From an uncultured Candidatus Melainabacteria bacterium (GTDB lineage Bacteria; Cyanobacteriota; Vampirovibrionia; Gastranaerophilales; Gastranaerophilaceae), in contig CAKURN010000001.1 in the NCBI GenBank assembly GCA_934675695.1, positions 1-33,564 on the forward strand: a stretch of 33,564 nt of DNA. Direction: 5' to 3'. The notes beneath the pieces are model-generated. The model did not search any database, was not told the DNA's origin, and worked only from the letters and a program-made list of their open reading frames with translations. The number at the start of each line of letters is the position of its first letter. Positions within the stretch are counted from its first letter, which is position 1. Positions 17,947 to 25,850 of this stretch are shown in pieces. Position numbers and translations under genes: made by a program.

Positions 17947-19708
17947 ATGAAGCAAATCAATAAAAGTAAGTTTGTTTTACTATTAACTTTATTGATAGTA
18001 ATGGTTGTATCATTTTTTTACATGAAAATAGAAATGTCATATGCAGTATTTCTAATTTTATCGTGTATTTTGTTATTTATGATGAGTAAATTATATAATA
18101 TAAGAAAATATTATTTAACATTGGCAGTAATTACGGCAGTAATTATGTCAGTAATTGCCGTGGCGTTGTTAACCACACATCCAATACCTTTTCAAGCGAA
18201 AGAGTATATAAAGTATACATCATTCAGTTTAGCATTGGCACAGTTGTTGTTGTTAGCCAGGAGTCTATTCGGGGGGATGTTCATACTGTATATATAGTAT
18301 AATATTCATATTTGTCTTATTGCCAATTGTGCTTATATGGGGATATTATTTTTCTTCTGGTGCTTGGCTTAATGTTGAATCATGTATGGCTATTTTGCAA
18401 ACAAATCCAGCAGAAGCAGGTAATTATGTGCAAGATTATTTTTCCTTGTCGGGCATGATAGGGATTGCGATACTATTTGCTTTTGAGTTTAGTTCAATTT
18501 ATTATCTGAAAAAAATTAAAATGAAACCGTGCTCTAAAAAACTGCGTATACTCTTGGCTATTATAGTTATTTTAAATATAGCAATGTTATACAGGACCAG
18601 GGAAAATATGGTTTTAAATATTTTTTATGATACCAAAGCTTACGCTAACTCGTATAATTCATTTGTTCAAGCCAGGACTGAACGGGAACAAAACATAGCA
18701 CAATTAATTGGCAATGTAAAACAAGGTGATGATGGAGTATATGTATTAGTGATAGGAGAATCAGAAACTAGGGATCATATGTCGTGTTATGGTTATAATC
18801 GTAATACAACTCCGTGGATGTCTAGTATGCTAGAAGATAAAAACTTTATCCAATTCAATAGAGCTTGGTCTTGTGCGAACGATACGGTTAGTGCGCTTAC
18901 TTATGCATTGACCAACAAAAATCAATATAATAATATATCACTAAATGAGGCGGTATCGATAATAGATGTTGCTAATGCTGCTGGTTATGATACAGTATGG
19001 TTAAGTAATCAAGTACAATATGGATTGGCCGATACGCCAATAACAGCTATTGCAGCAGAAGCTAAGCAGCAGATATTTATTCATGATAGAGTTGGCAGTA
19101 TGAAAGACGGTCGTTATTTAGATTTGCCAGATTATTTTGATGAGAAATTAATTCCTCAATTGCAAGATTTAAAACCGACGTCAAAAATGTTGATAGTGAT
19201 TCATTTGATGGGGAGTCATTATTCATATAAAGTGCGTTATCCAGCAGAGTATAATATTTATGATGACACAACTGCTGAAAGTCATGATATTAATTGTTAT
19301 GATAACACAATCATTTATACAGATTATGTTTTAAAAGAATTATTTGCTACGTTAACAGAATGGCCAAATTTTAAAGCAATGCTATATTTTTCTGATCATG
19401 GAGAAGGCATTGATGCTCATGTTGGTCATGATAGCAATAAATATACACCGCAAATGACAAGGATACCGATGTGGATATATTTATCAAATCAGTATAAGAA
19501 TCAGCATGAAGAAAAAAGTATTAAAATGATAAATTCAAGTGATAAAACATTTACTAATGATTTGATATTTAATACGATGCTGGATATGATGAATATAGAT
19601 ATTGGCAGATTAGCTGAGCCTGATAATATGATTTTTAATGCTAAATATAATGATGATTTTTCAAGGTTTAAAACATCTTATGGACGTAGACCTTTATCAG
19701 ATGAATGA
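17947..19708 (+). pseudogene. CptA/EptC-type phosphoethanolamine transferase, reading frame split at a G6 tract (phase-OFF or pseudogene)
   Basis: The track ORFs 17926-18297 (TM helices) and 18320-19708 lie in different frames. The second frame is open from 18257. The downstream part matches E. coli CptA landmarks as I remember them: ILQTNPAEAGNYVQDYFSL, VLVIGESETRDHMSCYGYNRNTTP, IVIHLMGSHYSYKVRYP, YDNTIIYTDYV and YFSDHGE. Likely start is ATG 17947, after GGGGGA. Confidence 0.8.
18271..18276 (+). repeat. Poly-G (G6) tract at the frame break of the PEtN transferase
   Basis: Read directly: ttc gggggg atg. Removing one G joins ...SLFGG to CSYCIYSIIFIFVLLPIVLIWGYYF... in frame. Confidence 0.9.
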
Positions 19709-19744
19709 TATTGTATTATATAAAAAATTGATTGAGAATAGATT

Positions 19745-19884
19745 ATGGCTATAGATTTAAAGGAAGAAATTCGTAATGAAATAGCAGCTATTGCCCCTAA
19801 TTATAACGTGCAAAAATAGTATTGTTTGGCTCACGAGCTCGGGGGGATAATCAACTGTTCAGTGATATACGAAAAGTTAGATAA
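19745..19884 (+). pseudogene. Decayed MNT-type nucleotidyltransferase gene (frameshifted and truncated)
   Basis: MAIDLKEEIRNEIAAIAPNYNVQK-stop, then in the -1 frame IVLFGSRARGDNQLFSDI...stop. The frame break is at an A5 run (19812-19816). The GS..RG..SD motif is present, but the gene ends about 5 codons later. Confidence 0.6.
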
Positions 19885-19993
19885 CTCATGTAATGAAAAA
19901 ATATAATTGAGATAACTTTGTTTAATAAAGATATTCCAACAGCATAATTTATGGCTTATGAAGTAACTGACCACATGAGAGGTAAGAGGCTTA

Positions 19994-20634
19994 ATGAAGG
20001 GAAGCTATGAAGTAATAGTGCAAAGTCGCAGACTGCAATATAAGTTTGTAATTAGGCGCAATATACGATTATCAAAGGAAATAGTGCTACAGGCAAAACT
20101 ACATTGCTGGAAATGATACAGGAATATAATGATAATGGCTGGGAAAGTGGTGTTACTATAAAGTCTGCTAAAGAATGTGTAGTCTTATCGGGCAGATTTT
20201 GGCAATCTGATTTGAAAAACATTTCTAATTCAAATATATTTTCATGGCTTTTGCAGCACAGCGATGAAAATATACTAATAATTGCCGATGGTGCAGCTTT
20301 TGGACCGGAAATGTCGCGTATAACTAATTTTATAAAGCATCATCCGAATATTTCGTTATATTTGCCGGAATCATTTGAATGGCTGCTGTTAAGCTCTAAG
20401 TTATTGGATGATGGACATATAATTAAGCTTTTAGCAAACCCTGCTAATTATGTAGAAAGTAGCAAATTTTTTAGTTGGGAGCAATTTTTTACTAATGAAC
20501 TAATTAATTTGACAAAAGGGACAATTTGGCAATATTCTAAAGGAAAACTCAATAAAGTATATTTAAATAAGACTAATATCGAGAAAATCATGGTGAATGT
20601 GCCAATTGCTGCTTTAACTGAGGTGGAGTTATAG
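19994..20634 (+). pseudogene. Small P-loop NTPase gene, frameshifted just before the Walker A motif
   Basis: Frame 2 reads MKGSYEVIVQSRRLQYKFVIRRNI (19994-20065). Frame 1 continues TIIKGNSATGKTTLLEMIQEYN... from 20065. One missing base near 20063-20066 would restore ...RRNITIIKGNSATGKTT (Walker A). ILIIADG is a possible Walker B. PESFEWLLL is a conserved-looking motif. Confidence 0.6.
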
Positions 20635-21074
20635 TGTTACATGTATATTTTGGTGATATGCCAAATGCAATATATAATACAGCCGTTTATTTTAAAAACG
20701 TTTATGATGATGATTGGATTGTTGATGAATTCAATAAGAAAATGATATTAGATGTTGATAAATCAACGGTATTAGGCAATGGCGTAATTGATAGTCCGGT
20801 ATTAGGCAAGATTTCGCCGGAACGGTTGTCGGGTGGTGTAAAAACGCTGATGCTGATTCGGCATATGCCAGAGCAAGTATTTAACGCATCGGCTTGTGGT
20901 GATAATTGTGCTAAATGGTTATTAAAAATAGCTGAGCAAGAGGATAGAACCATCAATTTGCGTCATTTGATGGATTTTGGTGATGGAAAGTTTACGATGC
21001 ATATTCTAAACACTGGTGATATAGTCCATTCAATGGGGGAATTGGTGCCGATAGCAGGCTTAATAGTTGGCTGA
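20634..21074 (+). CDS. 146-aa uncharacterised protein with ABC-signature-like LSGG motif (DUF4869-like, from memory)
   Basis: GTG start overlaps the upstream TAG by 1 nt (TAGTG) and follows the strong SD GAGGTGGAG. Motifs seen are PERLSGGVKTLMLI and FNASACGDNCAKWLLKI. Confidence 0.6.
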   Translation: MLHVYFGDMPNAIYNTAVYFKNVYDDDWIVDEFNKKMILDVDKSTVLGNGVIDSPVLGKISPERLSGGVKTLMLIRHMPEQVFNASACGDNCAKWLLKIAEQEDRTINLRHLMDFGDGKFTMHILNTGDIVHSMGELVPIAGLIVG

Positions 21075-21159
21075 AATACAGGGCGTTGGTTAATAGGACA
21101 AATAATTTTGCTTAATGAAAAGGCGCCAAATGTAGAGTTGCAGTTAAGGTGGAATAATT

Positions 21160-23190
21160 TTGTTTGAGTTATTTTGGCAGGGGGTGCAGCAGGATTTTAA
21201 ATTGATGCTGGTCGCCCCGTTAGTTTGTGCTGTATTTCGGTTAGTTTTTATATGGATTTATGGTCCGAAAAAGACGCCAAAGGGCGAGTGGCGCAAGTGG
21301 TTTGAATGTTTTCGCTATGGCTTTTGGTGGGGGCTAGATTTTAATGCCTATGTTTTTTTATATGCAATGGTTTTGGTAAGCCTGCCAGGAGCATTTATTC
21401 CCGTTTATTATGAGCTGGGAGATACAGTGCGTCTAGTGGGGGGGGTCATATATCTAGCGGTGCTGTACACGGCGTTTATGGGGAAATTGATTTTTTATTA
21501 TCATTTTCATGATACTTTTAATGCAACGCTTAAGCTAGGACGCAAGGCGGATAAAAAGAATTTTATGGATATTTTCTTTAGGCAGAATCATGGCATTTGG
21601 ATTTTGCTTGGCTATATTCCGTATCTATTTATCAGTGACAAGGTTATAACGGCGTTGCTATCGCTGCCGTCGTTAGCCTATATCAAGTTAGATTCAGTAA
21701 TTTTGCAATATGGATTTAATACGCTGGTATTTATTGGCGCAGTAGTGTTTTTCTATTGGCTGCGTTATGGCGGGACGCTTAATCATCGCCATAAACCGGA
21801 GTGGGATGATGTTCCGCCGTTAGTTAAAAATGATTTATTTATGGGCAAGGCAACTATGGATGATCTCATTGCTTTGGAGCTGGCGTTAAAGCAGCCGGTT
21901 AGTGAGGCATTAAAGCATGATGATGAGGAAGCAGCTGCTATTATGCAGCCGTTGCTAGGGAAAAAAATCATCCATGAAAATCCTTTAGAATGTCTTAAGC
22001 ATCAGGCAAAGGGGGCTTTAATAACTAAACCTAAGCATATATTTTTCTTGCTAGGAGAGTCTCATGCGCAGGTTGGTTTTGATGCGCTTTATAAAAATAT
22101 GCATTTGATGAGTGCTAGCGAAGAATTTCGCCGTCAAAGCGGTACTGTTGCCATAAATAGTTTTTTGCCTGGCGGGATGCGCTCAAGACCATCACTGGTG
22201 AGTATTACCTCTGGCATTTATGATGCTGATATGGAATTAAATGAGAATAAAAATTTTTGGTATGGCAATATACCAACATCATTACTACTGCAACTCAAAA
22301 AATTAGGCTACCGTACCGAATTTTGGTATGGCGGGGCATTAAATCATGGCTGTATGGAGCATTTTGCGCCAGCGATAGGTTTTGATGTCTGCCATCCTGG
22401 TCCGGAGTTTTGTGGTAATGATGCGCCGCAGACATGGCTAGGTGTTTATGACCATGTGTTTTTAGCCAAAGCAGCGGAGCTGATAAAGTCGCAGGCAGCA
22501 GCAGAACCAGTTTTTCATTTGCTCTATACGACGTCTAATCATGGTCCGTATGCGATGCCATTTGCTGACTTTGGTTTTGATATTGATAAAATCATGCCGG
22601 AGATGCCACTAGAACTTAGGCGCGACAAGAAAGTATGGCGTCAGCTAGGGGCAGCTTGGTATGCTGATCAAAGTTTGATGAAATTTGTTAAGGCGATGCA
22701 AGCTGAGTATCCAGACAGTTTGTTTATCGTAACTGGTGATCATTCAGCAGGGCTGATACCGTATCAATATGGTTTAGCTGGCAGAAAAGAACCGTCATTG
22801 CGTGAGGAAGTGCTAACATCATTTGCAATGCATCATCCGGAGCTTACTGCTGCGATGTTAGCTAATAATACTATTGGCGGGCACATGAATATAATGCCAA
22901 CTATCATTGAGCTCATTGCACCAAAAGGGTTTGAATATATGTCATTAGTACCAGCTCTTACGGAACCAATTGATCATGTAGTGACGCCTTATTGCTGGCT
23001 TAGCAAGGACGAGCTAGGCTATTATCATAATCATATTGCGCAAAGCTTGGCGGTAACTAGTGAGATGCTTCCCATAAGGCAAGAGGCGGACAGGTTTAAA
23101 GCTGAACGCGATGCCTATGTGGAACTAACGGGCTGGATAATAAGGCATCCGGAATTATTAGATGATGCTGGCATTGGAAAATTAATTTAA
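21160..23190 (+). CDS. Sulfatase-family membrane transferase, LtaS/MdoB-like, paralogue B
   Basis: TTG start follows AAGGTGGA. It has a multi-TM N-terminal half, then PKHIFFLLGESHAQ, YPDSLFIVTGDHSA and IMPTIIELIAPKGFEY, the same landmarks as 3910-5949. Confidence 0.75.
   Translation: MFELFWQGVQQDFKLMLVAPLVCAVFRLVFIWIYGPKKTPKGEWRKWFECFRYGFWWGLDFNAYVFLYAMVLVSLPGAFIPVYYELGDTVRLVGGVIYLAVLYTAFMGKLIFYYHFHDTFNATLKLGRKADKKNFMDIFFRQNHGIWILLGYIPYLFISDKVITALLSLPSLAYIKLDSVILQYGFNTLVFIGAVVFFYWLRYGGTLNHRHKPEWDDVPPLVKNDLFMGKATMDDLIALELALKQPVSEALKHDDEEAAAIMQPLLGKKIIHENPLECLKHQAKGALITKPKHIFFLLGESHAQVGFDALYKNMHLMSASEEFRRQSGTVAINSFLPGGMRSRPSLVSITSGIYDADMELNENKNFWYGNIPTSLLLQLKKLGYRTEFWYGGALNHGCMEHFAPAIGFDVCHPGPEFCGNDAPQTWLGVYDHVFLAKAAELIKSQAAAEPVFHLLYTTSNHGPYAMPFADFGFDIDKIMPEMPLELRRDKKVWRQLGAAWYADQSLMKFVKAMQAEYPDSLFIVTGDHSAGLIPYQYGLAGRKEPSLREEVLTSFAMHHPELTAAMLANNTIGGHMNIMPTIIELIAPKGFEYMSLVPALTEPIDHVVTPYCWLSKDELGYYHNHIAQSLAVTSEMLPIRQEADRFKAERDAYVELTGWIIRHPELLDDAGIGKLI
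21438..21445 (+). repeat. Poly-G (G8) tract inside codons 93-96 of sulfatase-family paralogue B
   Basis: Read directly: cta gtg ggg ggg gtc. It is the longest G/C homopolymer I found in the window. Loss of one G gives GGSYI-stop. Confidence 0.9.
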
Positions 23191-23195
23191 AAAAA

Positions 23196-23247
23196 TTGAC
23201 ATTTTGTTTATTTGACTTATTGACTTTTATGCTGAGCTGAGTATAAT
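23196..23247 (+). promoter_or_regulatory. Candidate sigma-70-type promoter for hsp20
   Basis: TTGACT at 23220-23225, a 16-nt spacer, then TATAAT at 23242-23247. Two further TTGAC(A/T) copies lie at 23196 and 23212. The start codon follows about 130 nt downstream. Confidence 0.5.
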
Positions 23248-23376
23248 AATAATTGTAAAGAGCAAAGGGAGCCGAAGAAAAGAAGGTTCTCGGCGCTCCA
23301 AGCAAACCAATATGATTACGGATTGTCAGATTTACGATTTAGCAGGTTTGACAAGTATAGAAAGGGGTAACAGATT

Positions 23377-23841
23377 ATGTTTGGTTTGGTTCCATTTGGT
23401 TCAAAAAAAGATTTGACGAAAGCGAATGCTGATGGCGCCCGCAGCATCTGGGACGTCTTTGATGAGCCGTTTTTCCAAAATGACTTTTTCCCGAGTGTTG
23501 ATTGGACTCAGTCAGGCGGTATGAGAGTTGATGTCAAAGATAACGGCACGAGTTATGAGCTTACCGCTGACTTGCCGGGAATGAAAAAAGAAGACATTAA
23601 TCTTTCGTATCAGAATGGTTATTTGACGATAGCCGCTAAGAAAGATGAGACTAACGAGCAGAAAGACGATGCAGGCAATTATATTCGCCGTGAGCGTCGG
23701 GCAGGTTCAGTTAGCCGGTCCTTCTATATTGATAATATCGATGAGTCAAAAGTATCAGCTGAGTTTAAAGATGGCGTGCTGAAGGTTGATTTACCAAAAT
23801 CAGCTGCAGCGGCTGCCTCAACTAAGATTGATATAAAATAA
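23377..23841 (+). CDS. Hsp20/alpha-crystallin family small heat-shock protein
   Basis: MRVDVKDNGTSYELTADLPGMKKEDINLSY..GYLTIAAKK...RRERRAGSVSRSFYI....FKDGVLKVDLPK is the typical ACD pattern. Size is 154 aa. Confidence 0.9.
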   Translation: MFGLVPFGSKKDLTKANADGARSIWDVFDEPFFQNDFFPSVDWTQSGGMRVDVKDNGTSYELTADLPGMKKEDINLSYQNGYLTIAAKKDETNEQKDDAGNYIRRERRAGSVSRSFYIDNIDESKVSAEFKDGVLKVDLPKSAAAAASTKIDIK

Positions 23842-23885
23842 ACAGACTTCCCTTAAAATAATCTCTATAAATTCCTTAACGTGAG

Positions 23886-23934
23886 AAAATGACGCCTGTC
23901 ATTAGCTTTAGGCTAGTGGCAGGCGTCATTTTAT
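23886..23934. terminator. Bidirectional rho-independent terminator between convergent hsp20 and cobT
   Basis: AAAATGACGCCTGtCA - loop - TGgCAGGCGTCATTTTA. The stem is about 13 bp with one mismatch, flanked by an A-run and a T-run. Confidence 0.75.
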
Positions 23935-25850
23935 TTGGCAAATTGTCTTAGGGCACCAGGACCATCGGTAGCGGTAGCAACCTTGGTTTCCGCAAATGTT
24001 CGCATATCGTTTAAAATATGCAGGGAAGCGTCGATTAATTCAAAGCCAAGAGAAGCGATAAGACCGCCAGGCATGGTTATATTAGTTTGCAGTAATTTTG
24101 GCTGGACATGCAGAATATATGGTCTTACAGCTGGACATAAGAGCTCAGTATAGCGGGCAATTATATCAGTGGCTTCGTCGTCAAGTACGATAAAGCTGCT
24201 GTTGTGAGCAGCGGCTATTATGGCACCAATAAGGGCGCCAATTAGCGGCTGATAGGCACTAGGAGCATAGCGTAAAAATTCATCCGCAGGATATTTTAAA
24301 CTGTTATCTGAATTTAGCAAGGCTTTGCTAAGTTCACTAGCAGTAGTGCCAAATGGTGTATTTTCATCGGGTTCAGTAATTGCTAATCCTAGCAGTGGCG
24401 AGGTTAACGATAGATATTCGCCTTGGTTACGACCAAAATCAAAGGCGGTGGTTAAGGAGAGACTGCTGCGGACATGAGCCAAGGTTACATTTTGACTGTC
24501 TTTTCCCTGCCAAGCGGCAATTAGCTGTTCTTGCAGATTATTGCTGTTTTGTCCAGTGAAGCATAACAATGTACGCTGTATATCATTAGGGGGGAGTTCG
24601 TCACCGATAATGCCGGCAGTTTCGACCGCAATTTGCTCTAAAAATCCCAGACTGTATATGGGTTTAGCTAAATTGTCAAGCCGTTGCTGGCAAAGCGCCA
24701 TTGATTCTTTGTCGAGATCCTGCATCGTTTTTAAATAAAAGTCAAAGGTTTTATCAGAGATTTTGGTAGTTGTAGTGGTCATATATTTATGCTGAAAAGG
24801 AGTTTCAGCTTTGACTTGTGGTAAAGCATCGAGCACGGACCACATAGCCAAGGTTTTTTCTAGCATTTTCGCTAAAATTGATGAACCACAAGCTTCACCT
24901 AAGCGAAAATCCAATGTCATAACTGGTTTTAATCCCAGCTTTTGTAAGGTGAATTGATGTGATTTTTCGCTGGCAAGATGAGAGGCTAATGTATAATCAG
25001 TGACAATAGGGCTAAAAGTTTGGGCAATTAGAGCCGCAGCTCCGGTGTTGGCACCATCTAAGAGGATGATTTTTTTATGCGCAGCGGCAGCTAAGATAAG
25101 TCCGGTGATAGCACCTAATTCAAATCCTCCCACCTTGGCTAAAATATCAATACCATCAGTGGCATCGGGCTGGTTTACGGTTAAGGCTTTTTTTACTATA
25201 CTGATTTTTTTTTGCAACCGTTTGGACGATATGTTGGTGCCGTAGCCGGTTACTGTTTCCGGGGCGAGCTTACAGCAAACAGCGCATATAGCAGCGCTTG
25301 ACGTGGTGTTTGCAATACCCATTTCACCAGGCAGCAGACAGTTAAAGCCTTGGGCAAAGGCTTTTTCGGCGAGACTGATGCCGGTTTCGATAGCCTGAAT
25401 GGCCTGCTTATGGGTCATAGCAGGACCTTGCGCAATGTTTTGCGTACCTGAAGCTATGCGGGCATTTATGAGATTAGGAATATCGCTGGTATCAGCATTA
25501 ATTCCCATATCGACGACCATTAGCGCTGAATCGCAATAATTAGCGAGCGCATTAGCGGCAGCACCACGGCTGATTAAATAATTTTTTACCATTTGCAGCG
25601 TGGTTTCAGGGGGATAGGCACTAACGCCTTCTGCCGCAACTCCGTGATCGCCACAGCAGATGATGGTGCATTTTTTTAGCTGGGGATGACGCTCGCCGGT
25701 TATGGCAATAGTGCGCAAGAGCAGCCGTTCTAATTCGCCAAGAGTGTTATTATCTCCTTCCATGACTGAACTAAGGTGCTGCTTTATTTCGTGCGTCGTA
25801 TCAGCGGCAACTGGCTGAATGGCTTTTATAGTATTTGCTAAAAGGCTCAT
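23931..25850 (-). CDS. cobT: Double-domain CobT: nicotinate-nucleotide:base phosphoribosyltransferase fused to a second, degenerate CobT-like domain
   Basis: The N-terminal ~350 aa is canonical CobT (CCGDHGV, GTQN, GEMGIANTT, LDGANTGAAAL, RLGEACGSS with the catalytic Glu). The C-terminal ~290 aa repeats the fold outline (LAKPIYSLGFLE, FIVLDDEATDIIA, MPGGLIASLGF) but has Gly where the Glu sits. ATGA overlap with the tex stop. SD AAGGAG lies upstream. Confidence 0.8.
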   Translation of the reverse strand: MSLLANTIKAIQPVAADTTHEIKQHLSSVMEGDNNTLGELERLLLRTIAITGERHPQLKKCTIICCGDHGVAAEGVSAYPPETTLQMVKNYLISRGAAANALANYCDSALMVVDMGINADTSDIPNLINARIASGTQNIAQGPAMTHKQAIQAIETGISLAEKAFAQGFNCLLPGEMGIANTTSSAAICAVCCKLAPETVTGYGTNISSKRLQKKISIVKKALTVNQPDATDGIDILAKVGGFELGAITGLILAAAAHKKIILLDGANTGAAALIAQTFSPIVTDYTLASHLASEKSHQFTLQKLGLKPVMTLDFRLGEACGSSILAKMLEKTLAMWSVLDALPQVKAETPFQHKYMTTTTTKISDKTFDFYLKTMQDLDKESMALCQQRLDNLAKPIYSLGFLEQIAVETAGIIGDELPPNDIQRTLLCFTGQNSNNLQEQLIAAWQGKDSQNVTLAHVRSSLSLTTAFDFGRNQGEYLSLTSPLLGLAITEPDENTPFGTTASELSKALLNSDNSLKYPADEFLRYAPSAYQPLIGALIGAIIAAAHNSSFIVLDDEATDIIARYTELLCPAVRPYILHVQPKLLQTNITMPGGLIASLGFELIDASLHILNDMRTFAETKVATATDGPGALRQFAK

